Below, piece by piece: positions 30,436 to 38,883 of a stretch of 64,000 nt of DNA. Positions within the stretch are counted from its first letter, which is position 1, and each line of letters opens with the position of its first letter. The DNA lies in NCBI GenBank assembly GCA_965204755.1, contig OZ242011.1, positions 3,552,001 through 3,616,000 of the forward strand. The letters are read 5' to 3'. Made by a program: the position numbers and the translations under genes. The DNA is from Candidatus Marinacidobacterium sp. Its GTDB lineage: Bacteria; Acidobacteriota; Vicinamibacteria; Marinacidobacterales; Marinacidobacteraceae. The notes under the pieces are model-generated. The model was not told where the DNA came from. It searched no databases and was given only the letters and a program-made list of their open reading frames with translations.

Positions 30436-32076
30436 TCAGGGGCGGAGGGGGCGGCCGGCCAAGGCGTTCGTGGCGGCGCCGCCGCGGATGGCGAAGACGC
30501 CGTTCACGAGGACCTGGACGGTTCCTTCGGAGTAACTGCGCGGGTTCTCGAAGGTGGCGGTGTCGCGCAGGCGGTCCCGGTCGAGGACGACCAGGTCGGC
30601 CTTCATTCCTTCGGCGAGGTAGCCGCGGTCGGTCAATCCCAGGAAGTCGGCGGCGAGGCCGGTCATGCTGCGGATGGCGAAGGGCAGGGAAATGATTCCC
30701 TCGTCGAGGGCGTAGCGGCGCAGTTTGCGGGTGAACGCGCCGGAGACCCGGGGGTGGCCGACCTCGGCTTCCGGAGGGATGTCGCGGCCGTCGGTGCAGG
30801 TCATCATCCAATCCTGCTGCGCCAGGAACCGGGTGTTCTCCTCGTCGTAGAGCCGGAGGTTCATCACCGAAGCGTTTCCGCCGCGCAGGACCTCCCGCGC
30901 CGCCGCCGGGGGATCGAGTCCGAGTTCGTCGGCGACTTCGGCGAGCGTCTTGCCGTTCAGTTCCGGGCGCGCCGAGGAGAAGAGGATGGCGTCGGCGCCG
31001 CCCCGGATAGCCAGCATCTCGGCGGTGGCTTCGCCGATGACCGCGGCGGTGTTCGGGTCGTCGAACCGGGCGAGCATCGCCTCCCGCCCGCCGGCGGCGG
31101 CCCAGCGCGGGACCGTGTAGGCCCGGAGGCTGGACTGGGTGGCGGTATAGACATGCTGGGCGCCGGCGACTTCGACGCCGCGCTCGCGGGCCTCTTCGAT
31201 GAGTCGGGCGCCCTCCGGGGCTCGCCCGTAGTTCCGGACGCCCTGCGCGTTGAAGTGGCTGAAGATCACCCGCAGGCCGGATTCCTCGCCGATGCGGATC
31301 GCTTCTTCGATGGACGCGAGATAGCCGAACGAGGGATAGGCCGCTCCGAGGTCCCGGTCGTGGGTGTCGTAGATGGTTCCGCCGGCGTCGGCCGCCGCCC
31401 GGCCGAGCGCGATGACCTCCTCGGTCGTCGCGTAAGTTCCGGGGACATAGAAGAGCCCGGTCGAGAACCCGAACGCGCCTTCCTCGACGCCTCGGCGCAC
31501 GAGGGCCTCCATCTCCCCGAGTTCCTCCCCGGTGGGCGCGCGGTCCTCTTCGCCCATCACCCGGCGGCGAACCGCTCCGTGGCCCACATAGGTCAGGGCG
31601 TTCACGCCGATTCCGCGCGCTTCCCAACCGGCGAGCGTCGCCGCGACTTCCGGGGAACCCCCGCCGTCCACGCCGAGCACCACGGTGGTGATGCCCTGGT
31701 GGAGGAAGGGCAGCGCCTCCTTGGCCCAGTCGTCCCCGACCTGCGAATGGGAGTGCATGTCGATGAATCCGGGCGCGACGAGCAACCCGGAGACATCCAG
31801 CGTCTCCTCGCCGGTGATCCCGGCGGCATCGGCGTCCCCGACGAAGACGATCTCGTCCCCGGAGACCCCGATGTCCGCGCGCACCGGTTCGTTCCCGGAA
31901 CCATCCAACACGGTTCCGCCGGCGAGCAGCAGTTCGACCGACTGCCCGCCGCAACCGGAAGCGGCGGCCAGCGCGAGCGCGGCGCCGGCGACGAAAAGGG
32001 AATGCGGCAGCGTCCCGAACCGCCGGGCCGCCGCCCGCGCGGCGGAGCGGGCGCGGCCCTCGGACGAAGACCTCAC
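30436..32076 (-). CDS. N-acyl-D-amino-acid deacylase family amidohydrolase (lipoprotein)
   Basis: APGFIDMHSH, GFSTGLFY.PG, THDRD, ISH-like FSH, CTDG, HPR..G.F and ADLVVLD motifs; lipobox ASGC. Start position uncertain. Confidence 0.88.
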   Translation of the reverse strand: MRSSSEGRARSAARAAARRFGTLPHSLFVAGAALALAAASGCGGQSVELLLAGGTVLDGSGNEPVRADIGVSGDEIVFVGDADAAGITGEETLDVSGLLVAPGFIDMHSHSQVGDDWAKEALPFLHQGITTVVLGVDGGGSPEVAATLAGWEARGIGVNALTYVGHGAVRRRVMGEEDRAPTGEELGEMEALVRRGVEEGAFGFSTGLFYVPGTYATTEEVIALGRAAADAGGTIYDTHDRDLGAAYPSFGYLASIEEAIRIGEESGLRVIFSHFNAQGVRNYGRAPEGARLIEEARERGVEVAGAQHVYTATQSSLRAYTVPRWAAAGGREAMLARFDDPNTAAVIGEATAEMLAIRGGADAILFSSARPELNGKTLAEVADELGLDPPAAAREVLRGGNASVMNLRLYDEENTRFLAQQDWMMTCTDGRDIPPEAEVGHPRVSGAFTRKLRRYALDEGIISLPFAIRSMTGLAADFLGLTDRGYLAEGMKADLVVLDRDRLRDTATFENPRSYSEGTVQVLVNGVFAIRGGAATNALAGRPLRP

Positions 32077-32104
32077 GCCGCGCGCTGCGACTCGGCGCGC
32101 AGGG

Positions 32105-32533
32105 TCAGTCCTCTTCGGCGCCCGGATAGACCCGTTCTCCCTCGTAGTCCCTCAGACCGCAAAAACCGGTGACTTCGAATCCGTTGGACTGGAGCATCTC
32201 CGCGGCACGCGCGGCTCTTCCTCCGCCCTGTCAAGCGGTGAGGATGGGAACGCCGGTCGGCAGTTCCCCCATCCGGGCCTCCAGTTCGTCGATCGGGATG
32301 TGGACGAACCCGTCGAGGGTTCCGTGTTCGGCGAGTTCTTCGGGGGTCCTCACATCGAGGAGCAGCGCGCCGCCGGCGAGCGCGGCGTCGATGTCCGCCG
32401 CTTCGACGCGCGGAGCGGGCGCCGGTTCCGGCTCTGCCGCGGGCTCGCTCGACGACGACTCTTCGCCACCGCCCCCGCCGCAGGCGAGGGAGACGCCGAC
32501 GAGGCCGGCGGCGAGGGGAAGAAGACTGCGCAT
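32105..32533 (-). CDS. Selenocysteine-containing rhodanese, lipoprotein (UGA at 32231-32233 read as Sec)
   Basis: MRSLLPLAAGLVGVSLAC lipobox, then LLDVR..E...G...HIP.DEL...PILTA-UGA-QGGGRAARAAEMLQSNGFEVTGFCGLRDY..., with the true stop at 32105-32107. The UGA aligns to the catalytic Cys of the rhodanese CxxGxR loop. Confidence 0.85.
32200..32215 (-). promoter_or_regulatory. Putative bacterial SECIS hairpin
   Basis: GCCGCGCGUGCCGCGG at +16..+31 after the UGA: stem CCGCG/CGCGG, loop CGUGC containing GU. Confidence 0.7.
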
Positions 32534-32597
32534 GGGGAAACCCTCCCGGGTGAGACTCGACTCGTGTTTCGGCCGAACGGCGTCGCGGCGCCGCGGG

Positions 32598-32942
32598 TTA
32601 TTCCGGCAGCGGCCGGTACTCGCGGCGGCCGCGGTAACTCTTGAGGCCGCAGAAACCGCGCACCTCGAAACCGGCCCGCTCCAGGATCGCCGCGGCACGC
32701 GCGGCCCGGGGGCCGACCATTCAAGTGGTCAGGATCGGGCGGTCCCGCGGGATCTCGTCGGCGCGCTCGGTCAACTCGTCGAGACCGATGTGGAGCGCGC
32801 CCGGGATCGTTCCCGATTCGGCGAGTTCCACCGCCTGCCGCACATCCAGCAGGACGACTTCGCCGCCCGCCAACTGGCCGTCTATCTCGTCGGCCGGAAC
32901 GAAGGGGGCGCGGGTTCCGAACATGCGGCCGACGATCGCCAT
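32598..32942 (-). CDS. Selenocysteine-containing rhodanese, no signal peptide (UGA at 32721-32723 read as Sec)
   Basis: MAIVGRMFG...VLLDVRQAVE...GTIPGALHIGLDEL...RDRPILTT-UGA-MVGPRAARAAAILERAGFEVRGFCGLKSY..., with the true stop TAA at 32598-32600. Alternative start at 32924. Confidence 0.85.
32690..32705 (-). promoter_or_regulatory. Putative bacterial SECIS hairpin
   Basis: The same 16-mer GCCGCGCGUGCCGCGG at the same +16..+31 offset from the UGA as in the paralog. Confidence 0.7.
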
Positions 32943-32997
32943 CGCGCGCCGCCCGTCCGGTCTCTCGCGCCCGCCCTCTCTCTCGTCCGGTTCCGCC

Positions 32998-34173
32998 CTA
33001 GGCGGCCATCTTCTGCGCGGAGTCGAGCACCGCCGCGAACGCCTTGGCGGCGCGCTGCATCTCGTCCATCGTCCCGATGGAGATGCGGCAACGCGTCCAC
33101 AGTGGCGGGAACGGCCGTCCCACGCGGACGCCTTCGGCGGCGCAGGCCGACTGGAACTGCTCCACCGGCATCCCCACATCCGCGAAGATGAAGTTCGTCT
33201 GCGCGTCGGTGGCCGAGTAGCCGCGGTCGCGGAAGAACTTCAGGATGAAGTCGCGCGCCTCGGCGTTCCGCTTCTTCTCGTTGGGGAGGAAGTCCGGGTC
33301 CTTCCGGTCGCGGTCGAGCGCCGCGTTGGCCGCCACCAGCGAGAGCGTGCTCACCGTGTTCCCCATGTGGAACTCGCGCAGGTGGGCGATGGTGTCCTCG
33401 TGGGCGATGGCGTAGCCGACGCGGAGGCCGGCCATGCCGTAGGCCTTCGAGAAGGTGCGCGCCACGATCACCCGCGGGTTGTCGAGCGCCAGCGGGATCA
33501 TCGTCTCGTGGCCGGGCGTCGTCACATAGTCGATGTACGCCTCGTCCACGAGGATGCGGAGGTCCTTCTCCGTATCGAGCGCCCGGTTCAGGAAGTCCCG
33601 CCCATCGGTCGGGTCCACCAGCGTCGCCACCGGGTTGTTCGGGTTGCAGAAGAAGAGCATCCCGCTGCCCTTGACTGCGTGGAGCGTCTGGTCGAGGTCC
33701 ATCTTGAGTTCGGAAGTCAGCGGAACCGCCTTCGTCCGATACCCCATGAGCGCGGCGTAGCCGAAGCACTCTTCGTAGGTGGGGAGGGAGCCCACCAGCG
33801 CCTTCTCGGCGCTTGCGTACTGGTGGGTGACATTCACCAGGATCTGCGTCGAGCCGGCGCCGATGAGGACATTGCCCGGCTTCACGCCCCACTTCTCGGC
33901 GATGGCTTCCTGCATCGGGCCGACGAAGCGGAACGGGTACCGGCCGGCGATCGTCCCCTCGGGGCCGATGACGGCGTCCACGGCGTCCATCACCGCTTCA
34001 CCGGGGCCGAGCGAGTTCTCGTTGTTGGCGAGGTTGATCGCGTCTTCGGGCGCGATGCCCATCTCGGCGGCGAAAGCGACCTGCTCGCGCAGGCGGGAGC
34101 GGACCAGGGTCGCCGCGTAGAGGCCGGCGGCGCCGGCGGAAGCGCGGTTCAGGAAACTGCGGCGGGAAAACAT
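32998..34173 (-). CDS. Tat-exported PLP-dependent aminotransferase class I/II (HisC-like)
   Basis: SRRSFL twin-arginine motif; NENSLGP, CNPNNP, DEAY and RTFSKAYGMAGLRVGY motifs. Confidence 0.9.
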   Translation of the reverse strand: MFSRRSFLNRASAGAAGLYAATLVRSRLREQVAFAAEMGIAPEDAINLANNENSLGPGEAVMDAVDAVIGPEGTIAGRYPFRFVGPMQEAIAEKWGVKPGNVLIGAGSTQILVNVTHQYASAEKALVGSLPTYEECFGYAALMGYRTKAVPLTSELKMDLDQTLHAVKGSGMLFFCNPNNPVATLVDPTDGRDFLNRALDTEKDLRILVDEAYIDYVTTPGHETMIPLALDNPRVIVARTFSKAYGMAGLRVGYAIAHEDTIAHLREFHMGNTVSTLSLVAANAALDRDRKDPDFLPNEKKRNAEARDFILKFFRDRGYSATDAQTNFIFADVGMPVEQFQSACAAEGVRVGRPFPPLWTRCRISIGTMDEMQRAAKAFAAVLDSAQKMAA

Positions 34174-34251
34174 GGTCGTTCCTCCTCGGGGGCGAACGGG
34201 ACGGCGCGGTGTCCGGGGCGTCGGCGGGAAAGCGGGAAAGGGGAGCGGGCC

Positions 34252-35448
34252 TTACTGCTGCTGGTTGTCGGTGGTCGCCAGCCCGAGCACCTCCGCGAAG
34301 ACCGCGGTCGCGCGCTGCATCTCCTCGAGCGTGCCGATGGAGATCCGGGCGTGGCTGTTCTCGTAGGGCGGGAAGTCCCGGCCCACCATGATGCCCTTCT
34401 CGGCGCAGGCCTCGCGGAAGGACTTGGCGCTGCGGCCGATGTCCACGAAGATGAAGTTCGTCTGGCTGGGCACCGGGTCGAGGCCGTTGCTCGAGAAGAA
34501 GTCCAGCGTGAACTGCCGGGCGGCGTCGTTCCGCTTCACTTCGTTCCGGATGTAGTCCGGATCCTCGAGCGAGCCCATCGCCGCGGCGATGGAGAGGATC
34601 GAGGTCCCGAAGGTGAGCGCCAGCGGCGCGAGCCGGGCGATCGTGTCCTTCTGGCCGTAGGCGTAACCGACCCTGAGACCGGCCATGCCGTACGCCTTCG
34701 AGAAGGTGCGGCCCACGAACACATCGCGGTACTTCATGGCGAGGCCGGCGCCGGTCTCGAACGACTTGTCGGTCACATAGTCGTAGTAGGCCTCGTCGAG
34801 CAGGATCGCCGTGTAGGGCGACTCCTTCTTCACGAAGTCCACGAAGTCGGTCACATCGGCGAGGCTGTGGATGGTGCCGGTGGGGTTGTTCGGGTTGCAG
34901 AGGAAGACGAGCCCGGCGCCCATCGCGGCCCCGGCCATCTTGTCCAGGTCGAGGCCCAAACTCCCGGTGTTCGGGACCGCCTTGACCGGCGCGCCGAAGT
35001 ACTCGGCGGCGCGCTTCGGGCTCTCGAAGGAGCAGGTGGCGGTGACCAGCGGGCGGCCCTTGCCGGTGTACACCCGCACGGCGTTCCGGAGGATCTCGGA
35101 GGAGCCGGGGGCGAGCACCACATTCTCGGCGCCGCCGCCGTACATCTCCCCGAGGCGCTTCCGCAGGTCGTTCCCGCTGATGCGGGCGTTCATCGGGTAG
35201 CGCATGATGGAGCCGTACTCGCCCCGGAGCGCCGCCACCGCCGCCGGGCCGGGGCCGAGCGGGTTCTCGTTGCTGCTGATGCGCACCTCGTCCGCCTCGG
35301 GGGGCGGCACGAACACCGGGGCCTCGCGGAAGCCGTTCGCGGCCTCCCAGGCTTCCCGTCCGCGGGCGCCGATGGCGTGGAGCGCCGCCGGGGAAACGGC
35401 GGGGGCGCCGGCGGCCAGACTCAGAAAGCGGCGGCGGTTCGATTTCAT
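34252..35448 (-). CDS. Tat-exported PLP-dependent aminotransferase class I/II (HisC-like), paralog
   Basis: NRRRFL twin-arginine motif; SNENPLGP, CNPNNPTG, DEAY and RTFSKAYGMAGLRVGY motifs. Confidence 0.9.
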   Translation of the reverse strand: MKSNRRRFLSLAAGAPAVSPAALHAIGARGREAWEAANGFREAPVFVPPPEADEVRISSNENPLGPGPAAVAALRGEYGSIMRYPMNARISGNDLRKRLGEMYGGGAENVVLAPGSSEILRNAVRVYTGKGRPLVTATCSFESPKRAAEYFGAPVKAVPNTGSLGLDLDKMAGAAMGAGLVFLCNPNNPTGTIHSLADVTDFVDFVKKESPYTAILLDEAYYDYVTDKSFETGAGLAMKYRDVFVGRTFSKAYGMAGLRVGYAYGQKDTIARLAPLALTFGTSILSIAAAMGSLEDPDYIRNEVKRNDAARQFTLDFFSSNGLDPVPSQTNFIFVDIGRSAKSFREACAEKGIMVGRDFPPYENSHARISIGTLEEMQRATAVFAEVLGLATTDNQQQ

Positions 35449-35706
35449 CGGGTTTCTCCCAAGTTCAGTGGGCCGGATCGGTGCGATCGGTCAGAGGGGA
35501 TTTCGGTTCCCGGAGAGCGGCCCGGACGGAAGTTCCGACCCGGCGGTCGGGGCGGGAACGCCCGCTCCCGGGCCCGTCCTTCCGGGCGCTCCGTGGGGCT
35601 GAGGCCGAAGGGCAAGAGTAGCGGGAGGCGGGCAGCCGCCGCAACCGCGAAGGGGCGCTCCCGCGGGGGCGGCGAGGCGGCGGCGGGGGGCTCTTCCCAC
35701 GGGCGG

Positions 35707-36240
35707 TCAGTGCATCATCAGCGGCGCGACCAGGGCGGTGGAGCCCCAGTGCATCCGCAGCGAGCCGTTCATGCCGTCGTCGGCGGAGACCACGCTGATC
35801 GTGAACATTTCGGCGGACTCGGCCGCCTCTTCCACGGTGAGCGGGACGCCGAACAGGTCCTTCTCCGGGTCGCGCGCCATCCCCGACTGCCCGGTCTCGC
35901 CGTTCACGAGGAGGGTCCAACCCTCGTCCGTCTTCTCCGCGAAGAGGGTGTAGGAACCGGCCTCGACGCTCTTGCCGCCGAACCACAACTGGCCTTCGGT
36001 CATGAGGGTGGTGGCGTCCTCCGAGCCGAGCCGCCAGACCATGCCGGACTGGGCCTGGCCGAGCATGTCCCGCCCCTTCAGGCTGGGGCGGCCGTAGGTG
36101 ACGCTGATCTTCTTCCCGGCGATGGTCGCTTCCGCGGTGCCGCGGGGGTTGTGGGCGGCGGCGAGAGCGGCGCCGAAGGCGAGCAGCAGCGCCGGAAGGG
36201 TGAGCGCGCGGTGGAGCGCGCGGCGGCGGGTGGTGGTCAT
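35707..36240 (-). CDS. Exported DUF2911 domain protein
   Basis: Signal peptide; ISVTYGRPSLKGR, VWRLG...AT, AGSYTLF and MHWG motifs. Start ATG at 36240. Confidence 0.85.
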   Translation of the reverse strand: MTTTRRRALHRALTLPALLLAFGAALAAAHNPRGTAEATIAGKKISVTYGRPSLKGRDMLGQAQSGMVWRLGSEDATTLMTEGQLWFGGKSVEAGSYTLFAEKTDEGWTLLVNGETGQSGMARDPEKDLFGVPLTVEEAAESAEMFTISVVSADDGMNGSLRMHWGSTALVAPLMMH

Positions 36241-36513
36241 CGGCTGGGGTCTCCTCGTCTCCGGTCTCGTCGGATTCGTCTTCGTCCGGTCGCGCTCGTC
36301 AGCGGGGCCGAACCGGCCCCGGCGGGCGGCGAATTCTAGCGGGCGCGGAAGTGGGGGCGGCCGCCGCCGGCGCGGTCGGAGTTCCCGGTCGGGGAATGCC
36401 GGATTCGAGTCGGGCGGGGGCGGCGCCGCTGATTGCGGCGCTCGTCGGGGCCGGGATAGTCTCCCGCCGAAGCCCCGGCCTCTCCCGCCCCTCCGGGCCG
36501 GGCCGACCCGCAG

Positions 36514-38844
36514 ATGACTCGACGCCGCCTCCCTTCGCTCCCCGCTCCCCCGGATCCCGCGATTCCGGTCGTTCCCGGTCGTTTGGTTCCCGGTCGTTTG
36601 GTCCCCGGTCGTTCGCGGGCGCGCCCGGGGCGGCGGCTCGCCCCGGCGGCGGTCGGGGTCTCGGCCCTGCTCGTCCTCGCCGCCCCGGATGCGGCGCTCG
36701 CCGCGTCCGCCGGCGCCGCTGCCCGAGCAACAGCGGAGGACGACCGACTGGAGCGCCTGCCGGAGGAACACCGCCTCTGGCTCGAGGAAGAGGTCGTCTA
36801 CATCATCACGCCGCCGGAGCGGGAGGTCTTCCTGGGCCTCGAGAGCCACGAGGAGCGCGAGTACTTCATCGAGGCGTTCTGGGATCGGCGCGACCCGTTC
36901 CCGGCGACGCCGGAGAACGAGTTCCGGGACGAGCACTACGAGCGCATCGCCTACGCGAACCGCTTCCTGGGTCGGGACGCCCCCCGGCCCGGCTGGCAGA
37001 CCGACCGGGGCCGCCACTGGATCATCCTGGGGGAGCCCCGCACCCGGGAAGTCTTCGAGGGCCGGAACGAAGTGGTCTCCATGGACCTCTGGATCTACGA
37101 CGGCGACACCTCGCTGGGCCTGCCGCCCCGCTTCAACCTGCTGTTCTTCAAGGAGAACGATGTGGGCGAGTACCAGTTGTACGACCCGTGGGGCGACGGG
37201 CCGGACGCGCTGGTGGCCCGGGGGGAACTGCTGCGGAACCGGCAGCACCAGGCCGTGGACCTCCTCGAGACGGTCTCGATGGATGTGGCGCGGGCGAGTC
37301 TGGTGGTGGACCTGACCGACCCCCACGCCGACTTCCTCTCGGCCACGAACACCATTTCGCCGCAGTTGCAGACGGTGCGGCCCTCCATGAGCACCGGCCG
37401 GAACTTCCTGGACATCTCCAACTCGCCGCACCGCCGGGTGGACCTGGACGAGATCGAGGGGTACCTGCGCTACGGCGACCGGGTCACTTCCGAGTACTCG
37501 TTCCGCTTCGTGGAGAGCCGGTCGGACTTCCGGGTGCTCCTCGGCCCCCGGAACACGCCGTTCGTCCACTACAGCGTCGCGCTCGCCCCGAAGGACTTCA
37601 CGCTCGAACTCGACGAACGGGAGAACCTCTACCGGACCACCCTCGAGGTGGAGACGGAGGTGCGGACCGCGGAGGGCCAACTGGTGGCCATCCAGCGGAA
37701 CGAGCCGGCGATCGAACTCACCGAGAGCCAGCACCAGGCCGCCGGCGGCAGTCCGTTCGCCTACCGGGACAATCTCCCGCTGATTCCCGGCGACTACGAA
37801 GTGAGCGTCCTGCTCCGGAACCGGGCCACCCGGCAATACACGGTCGCCACCGCCGAGGTGCGCGTCCCCGGCACGGGCGGGGCCGAGCCGGGCCTCGCCG
37901 ATCCGGTGCTCGCCTACCGGCTCGACGAGTCTTCCGCCGCCGCGGCCTCGCCCGGAGCGCCGCGTTTCGGGACCTTCGAGTTCGGCGGCGTTGTCCTCGA
38001 ACCCTCGATCGGCGGCGTCTTCTCCGCGTCGGAGACCCTCACCGCGGCGGTGCAGGCGGTGAACCCGCCGCCGGACGCCCGGGTCCGCCTGCGGATCGCC
38101 CCGGAGCAACTGCCGGACTCGGCGTCGGCGGACGAGACCGCGGAACCGGAGGTCGGCCCGCCCGTCGCCGAGGAGACGGCCCCCGCGGGCGCCGCGGCCT
38201 CCCCCCCGATCGTGGAATTCCCGCTCGCCGGGATCCCCGCGGGACGCTACCGGCTGACCGCGGAGTTGCTCGACGCGGAGGGCGCGGTCACCGCCCGACG
38301 GGACGCGCCGTTCTCGATCTCCCCCCGGGCGGCGGTGGCCCGTCCGGCGTTCATCGTCCGCCGTTCCTTCGGCGCTCACATCCCCGGCCTGCTGGCCCTG
38401 ACCCTCGGCGAACAGTTCATGGCCCGGGGACGGATCCACGAGGCGACGGTGGCGCTCCGGGAGGCCTCGGTGAATCCGGACCTGCCGATGGCCCGCTGGA
38501 AATTGGCGAGCGCGCTCCTGTTCGCGCGGGACGCCGACGGCGCGCTCGACCTCCTGCTGCCGCTCGAAGCGGAGCACCCGAACGAGATCGAGGTCGTCGA
38601 GGGCGTGGGCTTCGGCTACTACCTGCGCCGGGAGTGCGCCGAAGCGCTGCCCCGCCTCGAACACGCGCTGACCCTCCGCGCCCCGGACATCTCGCTGCTC
38701 AACGCGGTGGGCGACTGCCTGGAAGAGGAAGGCGAGACCGCCCGGGCGGAGGAGATCTTCACCCGGTCCCTCGAGTTGAACCCGGAGCAGACGGCGGTGG
38801 CGGACCGGCTGGCCGGACTCCGCGAGCCCGAGGGGCGTCGGTAG
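36514..38844 (+). CDS. GWxTD domain protein with C-terminal TPRs
   Basis: WLEEEVVYIIT..E...F, FW.RRDP.P.TPENEF and PGWQTDRGR...LGEP motifs; TPR-like C-terminus. Confidence 0.9.
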   Translation: MTRRRLPSLPAPPDPAIPVVPGRLVPGRLVPGRSRARPGRRLAPAAVGVSALLVLAAPDAALAASAGAAARATAEDDRLERLPEEHRLWLEEEVVYIITPPEREVFLGLESHEEREYFIEAFWDRRDPFPATPENEFRDEHYERIAYANRFLGRDAPRPGWQTDRGRHWIILGEPRTREVFEGRNEVVSMDLWIYDGDTSLGLPPRFNLLFFKENDVGEYQLYDPWGDGPDALVARGELLRNRQHQAVDLLETVSMDVARASLVVDLTDPHADFLSATNTISPQLQTVRPSMSTGRNFLDISNSPHRRVDLDEIEGYLRYGDRVTSEYSFRFVESRSDFRVLLGPRNTPFVHYSVALAPKDFTLELDERENLYRTTLEVETEVRTAEGQLVAIQRNEPAIELTESQHQAAGGSPFAYRDNLPLIPGDYEVSVLLRNRATRQYTVATAEVRVPGTGGAEPGLADPVLAYRLDESSAAAASPGAPRFGTFEFGGVVLEPSIGGVFSASETLTAAVQAVNPPPDARVRLRIAPEQLPDSASADETAEPEVGPPVAEETAPAGAAASPPIVEFPLAGIPAGRYRLTAELLDAEGAVTARRDAPFSISPRAAVARPAFIVRRSFGAHIPGLLALTLGEQFMARGRIHEATVALREASVNPDLPMARWKLASALLFARDADGALDLLLPLEAEHPNEIEVVEGVGFGYYLRRECAEALPRLEHALTLRAPDISLLNAVGDCLEEEGETARAEEIFTRSLELNPEQTAVADRLAGLREPEGRR

Positions 38845-38883
38845 GGCCGGGAAACGGCGGCGCCCGGGTTACCGGGGCGGCCG

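Noticed and set aside
32231-32723. Rhodanese genes as nonsense pseudogenes
   Set aside because: Independent UGA mutations at the same catalytic codon in two diverged paralogs, with intact downstream frames and a shared hairpin, are much less likely than Sec recoding.
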